Part shown: one piece after another, positions 36,600 to 44,851 of the stretch
Layout of the letters: each line of letters starts with the position of its first letter
Position numbering within the stretch: the first letter of the stretch is position 1
NCBI GenBank assembly: GCA_964385385.1
Contig: CAYLPA010000003.1
Location: 2,210 to 48,148, forward strand
DNA length: 45,939 nucleotides
Origin: an uncultured Saprospiraceae bacterium
GTDB lineage: Bacteria > Bacteroidota > Bacteroidia > Bacteroidales > CAYLPA01
Reading direction: 5' to 3'
Notes under the pieces: model-generated
The model's input: the letters and a program-made list of their open reading frames with translations, nothing else
The model's database searches: none
Told to the model about the DNA's origin: nothing
Program-made: the position numbers and the translations under genes

Positions 36600-37347
36600 A
36601 GTCGCGATATTCCTCTCCTGTTAAATTTATAAATAAAGATTCTAAACTTGGTGCTTTGTGAAGATTTAGGAGATTTTTCATATCGTCGCATGCTATTAAT
36701 TTCCCATTATCCAATAATGCGATAGACTTGCAAAACTCTTCGGCTTCAGTCATGTGATGAGAAGTGTAAACAATTGTTGTTCCTTCTCTATTTATTTTAT
36801 TAAGAAATTCAATAATTGCATTTTTGCTTTGAACATCAACACCAACTGTTGGTTCATCTAAAAACAAAATTGTAGGTTCATGAATTATCCCAATTGCCAG
36901 ATTAATTCTTCTTTTCATACCGCTCGAAAAGATTTGAACTTTTTTGTCTGATACTTTTGAAAGTCCTAATAAATGTAATAATTTTTCAGAACGCGATTTT
37001 ATTTCCTTTTTTGAGAGATTATATAAAGCTCCAAAATATTCTAAATTTTGATTAGGAGTTAATTCTTGATAAAAAGCATATTCCTGTGGTACGAATCCAA
37101 TTTTTTTTCTGAAAGTTTTCAGGTTTATCTCTTTATCTTTATCAAAATATTTTATGTTTCCCCCGTTTGATGAAATAATCCCACAAATTATTGAAATTAA
37201 TGTAGTCTTTCCTGCACCATTAGGACCTAAAATGCCAAATTTATCCCCTGAATGAATTGTAAGATTAATATTTTTCAAACTATCTTCTTCAGATGATTTA
37301 TATCTTTTTGTAAGATTATTTATTTCAATACAAACTTTAGATGTCAT
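36592..37347 (-). CDS. ABC transporter ATP-binding protein
   Basis: Walker A GPNGAGKTT, signature SSGMKRR, Walker B ILFLDEPT. Confidence 0.9.
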   Translation of the reverse strand: MTSKVCIEINNLTKRYKSSEEDSLKNINLTIHSGDKFGILGPNGAGKTTLISIICGIISSNGGNIKYFDKDKEINLKTFRKKIGFVPQEYAFYQELTPNQNLEYFGALYNLSKKEIKSRSEKLLHLLGLSKVSDKKVQIFSSGMKRRINLAIGIIHEPTILFLDEPTVGVDVQSKNAIIEFLNKINREGTTIVYTSHHMTEAEEFCKSIALLDNGKLIACDDMKNLLNLHKAPSLESLFINLTGEEYRDYV

Positions 37348-38360
37348 TTATTGAATTTTAGCTTTGAAAGTTTATTAAAAGCAACTTTTTCGGTTTTGCT
37401 TATTTCTAACAATATATCAGCAGTTTCTTCAAAATCTTTTTGTTCGCCAAGTCTGCCTTTATAGATTCCTGCCATTTGAACTGCAGCAGAACGCCATAAA
37501 TCTCCGGCTTTTGTAAAATCTTCGGAAATGCCAACTAACTTATCTTCTTTCAAATAATTAGCAGCTTGTTCGAGAAATGCTGCATAAATATATCTGAATC
37601 CACCACCACCGGTTCCAATTTCTTCTTGCATCCTAACAATCTGACCCAAGTAAAAACTTGCTTTTCTTGTGCCAAGTTTCTCTCGCCATTTACGGATTTG
37701 ATTAGAAGTATATTTTATTCCTCTTACGCCAGCAATATATCCCGGGATATGAAGCATATCACGAACATTTCTTTTAATCCCTTTGATTATTCCTTTTTCT
37801 AAAAGTTTTATGTCGGGATTGCCAACATTTTCGGGATAGTAAATATGTCCTTTGGGGGCGTAAATACCTTGAGTAAATCTTGCTTTTTCTAATTCTTTAG
37901 CTGATAAAGTGGTAACCTTTTCCATTATAGGGTCGCTAATAAAATAATCGTCATTATCCTTACCATAGACTATTATATTATGAGCGTTGAAATGAAATCG
38001 GTATTCAACAGGGAAGTAGGCTAAATGAAAAGCTCCAACCTGACAAGCAACAGGAATTCCTTCGGATAATTTAAAATCAAGAAAGTCCATGGCAACTTTA
38101 TGGTCTTTGAATTTTTTGCTTTTAACATCAATTCCTAAGGATTTACAGGTTCTTTTAAAAACTGCTCCCGGCATTGTTCGAAAAGCGATAGCAGGACCAT
38201 TATTCAATTTCATAAAAGGAATATGAATATAAAAAAGCCCTGACCCAATGCCAAAAGCAAGAGGTTCGTTCATATAATCAATGCCATGATATTTAAGCAA
38301 ACTTGTTGTAATTCCATTTTCGCAATGAGCTGTCTGTATATGATTAAAATCTTTGAGCAT
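37344..38360 (-). CDS. BtrH N-terminal domain / DUF4872-like protein (papain-fold acyl-ACP acyltransferase-like)
   Basis: N-terminal QTAHCENGITTSLLKYHGI (Cys nucleophile context as in BtrH-like proteins). About 340 aa. Recognised from memory of the family, not searched. Confidence 0.55.
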   Translation of the reverse strand: MLKDFNHIQTAHCENGITTSLLKYHGIDYMNEPLAFGIGSGLFYIHIPFMKLNNGPAIAFRTMPGAVFKRTCKSLGIDVKSKKFKDHKVAMDFLDFKLSEGIPVACQVGAFHLAYFPVEYRFHFNAHNIIVYGKDNDDYFISDPIMEKVTTLSAKELEKARFTQGIYAPKGHIYYPENVGNPDIKLLEKGIIKGIKRNVRDMLHIPGYIAGVRGIKYTSNQIRKWREKLGTRKASFYLGQIVRMQEEIGTGGGGFRYIYAAFLEQAANYLKEDKLVGISEDFTKAGDLWRSAAVQMAGIYKGRLGEQKDFEETADILLEISKTEKVAFNKLSKLKFNK

Positions 38361-38361
38361 T

Positions 38362-38760
38362 TTATCCTTTATAATTTTTTAATTCATCAATACTAATGTT
38401 AAAATTGCTAGCATAAATGCTTAGTTTTTTATCACTCAGCTTATTGAAAATGTTAGGCTTTATATGTCTTTTTACTGAAAATTTTCTAAATCCTGTGTAT
38501 CCTGATAATATTGAAATGGTCATAAGATTAAGCTCCATAAAATAATAAATTGGACTTTTCCTGCCTTCTTTTACTGCTTTTTTTGCATCTTCTATTCTTA
38601 GATTTACTTCATCCCATGCATTGTCCAGAGCTTCTTTTTTTATATCCCAACCAGTACTAAGACCAGTTTCATATTTATTGTTTTTGTTTTTAACATAATA
38701 TAGTTCACGAGTAAAATTATCTAAAGCACTTTTGTCTTGAGGGATATCTTCTTTTTTCAT
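38362..38760 (-). CDS. Hypothetical protein (132 aa)
   Basis: ORF packed with 0-1 nt spacing between its neighbours. No family recognised. Confidence 0.5.
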   Translation of the reverse strand: MKKEDIPQDKSALDNFTRELYYVKNKNNKYETGLSTGWDIKKEALDNAWDEVNLRIEDAKKAVKEGRKSPIYYFMELNLMTISILSGYTGFRKFSVKRHIKPNIFNKLSDKKLSIYASNFNISIDELKNYKG

Positions 38761-39903
38761 CTAACAAACAGTTAACAAACTAAATACATACGAAAACCTT
38801 GAGCTTTCTGGTACTGCTAACAAAATCTTCTGACCTTTTTTTAGTTTCCCACTATTGAATAATTCTTCAAGCATTATGTAAATAGAACTTGCACCAACAT
38901 TTCCAATTGTACGAAGATTAGTAAACCATTTTTCTTTTGGAATGCCAATGCCGTTAGTTTCTAATATATCTGCTATTTTATCTTCAAAGAAGCAACTTGA
39001 TGTATGAGGAAGAAAATGGTCAACAATATCAATATTTTGATTTTTTTCATCAAGTATGTCTTTTAATTTATCGAATCCAAGTTTAACAATATTTTCACTA
39101 AGCAATTTAATATCTTGTTTCATGCTAAATATTGAATTAGAAATTATTTCATTTGGAGAAAAATCTTTATAGCTTTTCAATTTTCCATCAGCTAATTTAT
39201 CGGCACCTATATACAAACAACTTTCTTTGGAATTTGCGAAAGAACATGCTTCAATCCAATCAATTTTTAAAGAAATTCCATCAGGATTTTGTTTGTTTTC
39301 CAAAAGAAATGCACCTGCACCATCAGAAAGCATCCATCTTAGGAAATCTTTTTTAAAAGCTATGTAAGGATTTTCTTCAAGTTCAATTAATTGTTTAACC
39401 TCTTCTTCATATTGATCTGCTCTTAATAGTGGAGATAATCTTTCGGAAGCTGAAGAAACAGCTTTGTTTTTTTCTCCTAATTTCACAGACATAAAAGCAT
39501 ATTTGAAAGCATGCATTGCTGAACAGCAAACACCTGCAAGCGAAACTACTTCAACGTTTTTAGTTTCTGGCAAACATCCGTGAACCATAACGCCATGGGA
39601 TGGCATCATTTGGTCGGGGCTTGAAGTTCCACAGCTTAAAAGGTCAATGTCTTTAATTTCTTCTGGATTGTTCTCGAATAATTTTTTGATTGCCAAAGAA
39701 GCCATCTCAGAATTTGTGTGAGTTGCTTTACCTTCTTTATCTATAGCGTAATAACGGCTTTTTATACCATTATTTCTAAGAACAATTTTTTTGGATTTAG
39801 AAGGGGTTTTATTAATTAGTCCTAGATGCAGTTCCATTTCATCATTAGAAACAGATTTATTAGGTAAAAACTTAGATATTCTTGTTATATATACGTTTGT
39901 CAT
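38761..39903 (-). CDS. darB: KAS III-like ketosynthase, dialkylresorcinol condensing enzyme DarB-type
   Basis: FabH-like Cys/His/Asn contexts: LAGVCCSAMHAF, DHFLPHTSS, GNVGASSIY. Directly downstream of, and overlapping, a DarA-like gene. Confidence 0.75.
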   Translation of the reverse strand: MTNVYITRISKFLPNKSVSNDEMELHLGLINKTPSKSKKIVLRNNGIKSRYYAIDKEGKATHTNSEMASLAIKKLFENNPEEIKDIDLLSCGTSSPDQMMPSHGVMVHGCLPETKNVEVVSLAGVCCSAMHAFKYAFMSVKLGEKNKAVSSASERLSPLLRADQYEEEVKQLIELEENPYIAFKKDFLRWMLSDGAGAFLLENKQNPDGISLKIDWIEACSFANSKESCLYIGADKLADGKLKSYKDFSPNEIISNSIFSMKQDIKLLSENIVKLGFDKLKDILDEKNQNIDIVDHFLPHTSSCFFEDKIADILETNGIGIPKEKWFTNLRTIGNVGASSIYIMLEELFNSGKLKKGQKILLAVPESSRFSYVFSLLTVC

Positions 39904-40813
39904 TTTTTTTACTATTAACGCTGCAAAAATAGTATTTTTTCCTATTTATTGCATTAATAGTAAATGGTTTTATAAATAAATTGAAAAAGAATAAAACAAT
40001 AGGAGCAACTATGAATAAAGCTATTAATAAATAATACTTAAAAAGTTTAATCCAAAAAGCTCTTTTCTTACTATTTGAATCTTTTTTTATGATAATATTT
40101 GCCCAAATTCTAAATAGTTTTTTTGCTCTTTCTTCTATAAAAAGAATATTAGTTTTTATATTTATTAATTTTAAATCTAAAATTTTATTTTGGAGTAAAT
40201 TATAAGAGTCGGTTTGAAATTCTTGAAATGCAATTTCTCCAAATTTCGAAGCATCTTTAATATCTTTTTCACTGACACCCGGGCATGGGAAGATATTTAA
40301 AAACTTATCCTTTTTTCCCGTAAGCATCCAATATAAAATAGTAATGGCACTGCTTAGGTTTGAATTTTTATCAAGAAAAGGAATGTTTGCAACTAATTTT
40401 CCACCTGCATTATGAATAAATTTTTTAATGCTTTCTTGTGAATTAATCCACATATTTCTTGAACCAATAATTGTAATAACAGGTTTTCCTTTAAGAAGAG
40501 AAGCGAGCTTTTCATCTTTAAACAAAGCTGTTGTGGGTAGGGATGGAGATAAGTACCAGGGTTGGTAACCAATTATGAAAAGGTCATAATTTTCAGATTT
40601 TAAATTTAAGGGTTCTAATTCAATTTTTTTTTCTAATACTGATTCGGGCATTACATCAAAGAATTCCTGACTTGTCCATGGGAAAGGAAAAGGTTTTTTT
40701 GGGTGAATAATAACTCTTTCAATTTGCTTTTCAGGAAAAGGAAGAAGAAAATTATCAATGATTTCGTTCAATTGCCCCGACTGAGAATAATTTATTGCTA
40801 AAATTTTTTTCAT
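39872..40813 (-). CDS. darA: DarA-like dialkylresorcinol biosynthesis protein
   Basis: About 310 aa. MKKILAINYSQSGQLNEI flavodoxin-like N-terminus and a C-terminal TM segment. Conserved pairing with the DarB-type KAS III. Family recognised from memory and synteny. Confidence 0.6.
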   Translation of the reverse strand: MKKILAINYSQSGQLNEIIDNFLLPFPEKQIERVIIHPKKPFPFPWTSQEFFDVMPESVLEKKIELEPLNLKSENYDLFIIGYQPWYLSPSLPTTALFKDEKLASLLKGKPVITIIGSRNMWINSQESIKKFIHNAGGKLVANIPFLDKNSNLSSAITILYWMLTGKKDKFLNIFPCPGVSEKDIKDASKFGEIAFQEFQTDSYNLLQNKILDLKLINIKTNILFIEERAKKLFRIWANIIIKKDSNSKKRAFWIKLFKYYLLIALFIVAPIVLFFFNLFIKPFTINAINRKKYYFCSVNSKKNDKRIYNKNI

Positions 40814-40820
40814 TTAATAT

Positions 40821-41300
40821 TTACAATTCAGATGTTTTTAATATTTCAGATTTTTTTGAGTATTCCATTATTATACTTTTCATTTCTTTATCAAGAATAT
40901 TATATTTCTTTATTATAATTTCCTTGTCTTTTTGAATGTCTTGATAATAATTTAAAAACTTAGGTGCATTCTCCTGAATTGAAAGTCTAAGAAATCTGTA
41001 CTCTACATTTTTGGGAAATTTATCTATTTCCGATTCTAAAGTTTGCATACCTTTTTTAAAAAAATCTAATTTTTGAAGAGGTGTTTTTAATAGAGCTGAT
41101 TTTCTCATGAAAAGAGCTCCCTTATATGCTCTGAATAAAGAACTGGGTTTTTTGTTTTCCAATTTTGATAACATGGAATTAACTTCTTCCAAAGAAGAAC
41201 TTGCAAAAGCATCATAAAATTCTTTTTTATTGAAAGAGTCATTTATAAAAGAAAGATTAAAAATTGCTATAAAAAATAATATTTTAATTTTTAAGTTCAT
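40821..41300 (-). CDS. Hypothetical secreted protein (159 aa)
   Basis: N-terminal signal-like hydrophobic segment. No family recognised. Confidence 0.5.
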   Translation of the reverse strand: MNLKIKILFFIAIFNLSFINDSFNKKEFYDAFASSSLEEVNSMLSKLENKKPSSLFRAYKGALFMRKSALLKTPLQKLDFFKKGMQTLESEIDKFPKNVEYRFLRLSIQENAPKFLNYYQDIQKDKEIIIKKYNILDKEMKSIIMEYSKKSEILKTSEL

Positions 41301-41352
41301 TATATATTTCTAGTGAAAGAATTTATGTATTGAGCACGAAATTATAAAAATT

Positions 41353-42513
41353 TCAAGGAAGTTTAGCAAATATTATTCCAGCATTGCAACCTCCAAAGCC
41401 TGAAGCAATTTTCAGGCAATTATTAATATTAGCTTTTTCAAGCTTGTTTATAATATTAATATTTTTTGATACTCCGGAATTTTTAAAACCTTTGGTATTA
41501 TATAGAAGATTTTCTTTCATGGAACTAATTGTTGCTATTGATTCAATAATACCTGCTGCTCCGAGAGTGTGACCCCAATAACCTTTTAAACTATTTACCG
41601 GAACATTCTCCAACCCTGTTCTTGAAATTGCTATTGATTCCATTTCGTCATTATAAACTGTGCCTGTTCCGTGGGCAGAAATATAATCAATGTTTTCAAC
41701 GGATAAAGATTTAGCTTCTTTTAATGCATTATTAATTGAAATATACAATCCTTCACCTGTTCGAGATGGACCGGAAATATGATTTGCATCATTGCTTGAC
41801 GAACTACCGGCAACAATAATTTTATCAGAACCAGAAATTTGTTGAGGATTAGAAGTTAGAATCATTGTTCCAAAACCTTCGCCAAGCGATAAACCATCTC
41901 TGGAAACGTCAAAAGGTTTGCAAGGAGTTGTGCTTAGCGATTTGAAAGACTGAAATCCAGAAACAACAAATCCTGATAAAATATCTCCACCGGCTACTAT
42001 AACATTTTCATACTGCCCTGATTGAATTAATCTGCTGCCCATTATTATTCCCAACAGTCCCGAAATACATGCATTGGAAACAATAAGTGGGGTGTTAGGA
42101 TTTTTAAAATATTCTTGTAATAATTTTGCAGTATTCCATAAATATACTTTTTTATAATCAAAACTATTCTTATTTTTTTCTTCTAAAATATCAATGTTTC
42201 CTTTGGTTGTTGAAACAATAAAAAGAGTTTTTTTGTTTTTAACATCAATATTTGATTTTTTTAAGGTATCCGAAATTGATAAGATAGCCATTTGTTCAAA
42301 TCTTGTGAAGTTGTCAGGATTATCAATTTTATTAAAATCAGAATGCAATCTTTCAGAATCTACCAATGATGCATGAAATGGATGGGGAGAAAAATAGCTG
42401 TCGTTTATAAGCTTTATTCCTGTTGTGTTATTTTTGATATTACTGATATTTTCTTGGGTAGTAAATCCAAGAGAAGAAATGATATTATCAGCAGAAATGT
42501 AAACTTTTGTCAT
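41353..42513 (-). CDS. Beta-ketoacyl synthase
   Basis: SNACISGLLG (Cys), SAHGTGT (His), YWGHTLGAAG (His), GFGGCN. Confidence 0.85.
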   Translation of the reverse strand: MTKVYISADNIISSLGFTTQENISNIKNNTTGIKLINDSYFSPHPFHASLVDSERLHSDFNKIDNPDNFTRFEQMAILSISDTLKKSNIDVKNKKTLFIVSTTKGNIDILEEKNKNSFDYKKVYLWNTAKLLQEYFKNPNTPLIVSNACISGLLGIIMGSRLIQSGQYENVIVAGGDILSGFVVSGFQSFKSLSTTPCKPFDVSRDGLSLGEGFGTMILTSNPQQISGSDKIIVAGSSSSNDANHISGPSRTGEGLYISINNALKEAKSLSVENIDYISAHGTGTVYNDEMESIAISRTGLENVPVNSLKGYWGHTLGAAGIIESIATISSMKENLLYNTKGFKNSGVSKNINIINKLEKANINNCLKIASGFGGCNAGIIFAKLP

Positions 42514-42522
42514 TTTAAAAAT

Positions 42523-42951
42523 TTATTTAATAAATCCCCACTTTATTTTCCATTTTTCAAAGAAAGGAGGGGTAGTTAGAATAAGCACTTTGTTTAAATC
42601 CAAAAATGCCTGGACACTAGTTCCTGTAGCAACAATTTCCATATTTGAGCTTCTGTAAATAATAAATTCAAAAATCAATTTGGCAGCTTCGGAGTTGATA
42701 TATTTTGTTTCAATAATTGCTTTTTCTCCATATAATAATGGTTTTTTAAAGTCGCATTTTATTTTTACTATAGGTGTTAGAATTCCGTTTTTATGAAAAT
42801 CGAGATAATTAACTTTGTATTTATTTCCGAATGCTTCTCTTCCATCTTCGAAATATTGTATATAATTTCCATGCCAGACTACATTCATTGAATCAATATC
42901 ACTGAATCTGACAGCTATTTCTGTTTTTGTTGAGAGAGCTTTATTTTCCAT
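42523..42951 (-). CDS. 4HBT/YbgC-type acyl-CoA (acyl-ACP) thioesterase
   Basis: VRFSDIDSMNVVWHGNYIQYFEDGREAF hotdog thioesterase signature. Confidence 0.8.
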   Translation of the reverse strand: MENKALSTKTEIAVRFSDIDSMNVVWHGNYIQYFEDGREAFGNKYKVNYLDFHKNGILTPIVKIKCDFKKPLLYGEKAIIETKYINSEAAKLIFEFIIYRSSNMEIVATGTSVQAFLDLNKVLILTTPPFFEKWKIKWGFIK

Positions 42952-42985
42952 TTTTAATTAAAGATTGTTTGTGATTTTTTGATTC

Positions 42986-43423
42986 TTATTTTTCTAAAAA
43001 TACTTTCATTTCGCATTCTGCAGCAACTTTGTCATTACATTTTACTTTTCCTGAAATTATTTTTGTTCCGAGAATTTCGTTTTCAATAATTATTTCAGTT
43101 ATTATCTTTGAATTGATTGGTGGCAAAAAATAGATTTTCAAATTTTTTATAGCTCCAATATATCCAATTAATACATCAGCATTTTCTTTTTTTGCCCAAT
43201 ATCCTTGTTGAGCAGCTGCTGTTTGTGCAATATTTTCTATTAGCCCGGGTTCACAAAAAACGCCATTTTCACAAAAAACATTATCTTCTTTAATCGTCAA
43301 TGATGTTACAGTTCTTCTGTCGTCTGAAAAGACAAGTTCCTCAACCATGTTCATAGGTGGTTTTTGAGGTATTAGTTCAATAATGTTTAAATCTTCAGGT
43401 TTTAATATATCAGATACTCCCAT
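42986..43423 (-). CDS. Hotdog-fold dehydratase-like protein (FabA/FabZ-related)
   Basis: 145 aa. PGLIENIAQTAAA pattern as in aryl-polyene cluster dehydratases. Confidence 0.6.
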   Translation of the reverse strand: MGVSDILKPEDLNIIELIPQKPPMNMVEELVFSDDRRTVTSLTIKEDNVFCENGVFCEPGLIENIAQTAAAQQGYWAKKENADVLIGYIGAIKNLKIYFLPPINSKIITEIIIENEILGTKIISGKVKCNDKVAAECEMKVFLEK

Positions 43424-44796
43424 AATGGTCCTTTTTTATTTTTCAATCTCATTTTATTCAAAGTATCAGTCATGTCTTCGTCAGGAAAAACCCATCTTTT
43501 TCTGGTTTTTTTGGCTTTTTCTTTTAGTGTCGAAATATCAAAATCATCAGAAACATAATATTTAGGTTTTAACAAATTATCATCTTTATCAATCTTATTT
43601 TCTCTAATTGCGATATCATATAATTCCGTTCCTGGATATATTCTCATTCCAATAAAAGGGAAAAAGACTGAGCGATTAATTTTCTTTGAATTTTCGAATG
43701 TTTCATTTAATGATTTTTCTGTTTCGCCATATCCTCCGAGTATCAGAAAATGAGCAAAGTCAATTTCTAATTTATTGCAAAGAGCAGATTTTTTTATAAT
43801 TTCTGAGACAGTAAAAGGCTTTCTATAAGTTTTCAAAGTGGTATCACTAAATGATTCTGTGCCAAATTCAATATGTGTTAAGCCTGCTTTTTTTAGTATT
43901 GTTAAAAGTTTTTCATCTAAGTTGTGCAGGTTGAAATATGCTCCCCATTTAACTCCAATTTTGCTTTTGATAATTTTTTCAGCCAACTCATAATTGAAAT
44001 CATTGTTAATATTAAAAACAGAATCAGTAAAAAAAACATAATCAATTCCTTTATTAAAATAAATGTCTGAAAGAGTTTCGACAATTTTATCAGAATCTAA
44101 TAATCTTACTTTGCTGCCTTCAATCAAAGGGTAGGTGCAATAAATACAATGATAAGGACATCCCCGCTTTGTTTGAATATTTAGCATTCCGCTGGTTTTC
44201 CAATAATAATCTATGAAATTTTCTTCAAAGTCAAAATCGATATTTTTAAAATAATTATTTTTTTCATTGAAAATTATTTTGTCATTTTCAGAATATACCA
44301 AACCTTCGATTTTTCTATAATCAGAATTATTGTCCAAAGAACAAACTAGTTTATAAATACTTTCTTCGCCTTCACCATATATTCCAAAATCAGGTTTCAA
44401 ATATTCAAATAATTTTTCGGGGAAAATTGAAAATCCTGAGCCACCGATTATTATTTTTGAAGAGCTATGTTTTTTAATTTTATCAATTATATTCTTATAC
44501 TCACCAATAAAACTTTCTTTGTTATAAATATTTACGTCATCAATGTTACGCAAAGAAATTCCAATATAATCAGCTTCGTTTGTTTTTAATCTTTCTATTA
44601 AATCATCAACATTTTTTTGAACCATGTCAAAAATTTCGATCTCGTAATCAGGCAATTTTTTTTGCAGATAAGAAGATATATAAGACAATCCTAAAGGATA
44701 AACCGGATAAGGTACCGTATATTGATTGGCTGAGATTAGTAATATTTTTTTCTTTTTCATTTCGCTTAAATAATTGTCTGAATTAAAGCATTGCAA
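43402..44796 (-). CDS. Lipid-biosynthesis-type B12-binding radical SAM protein
   Basis: N-terminal B12-binding-like domain. TKRGCPYHCIYCTYP (CxxxCxxC). Confidence 0.8.
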   Translation of the reverse strand: MQCFNSDNYLSEMKKKKILLISANQYTVPYPVYPLGLSYISSYLQKKLPDYEIEIFDMVQKNVDDLIERLKTNEADYIGISLRNIDDVNIYNKESFIGEYKNIIDKIKKHSSSKIIIGGSGFSIFPEKLFEYLKPDFGIYGEGEESIYKLVCSLDNNSDYRKIEGLVYSENDKIIFNEKNNYFKNIDFDFEENFIDYYWKTSGMLNIQTKRGCPYHCIYCTYPLIEGSKVRLLDSDKIVETLSDIYFNKGIDYVFFTDSVFNINNDFNYELAEKIIKSKIGVKWGAYFNLHNLDEKLLTILKKAGLTHIEFGTESFSDTTLKTYRKPFTVSEIIKKSALCNKLEIDFAHFLILGGYGETEKSLNETFENSKKINRSVFFPFIGMRIYPGTELYDIAIRENKIDKDDNLLKPKYYVSDDFDISTLKEKAKKTRKRWVFPDEDMTDTLNKMRLKNKKGPLWEYLIY

Positions 44797-44851
44797 TATT
44801 AGTAAATTTTCAAACAGAGTTTTAAATAAAGGGGAAAAGAGTTTTAATTAA

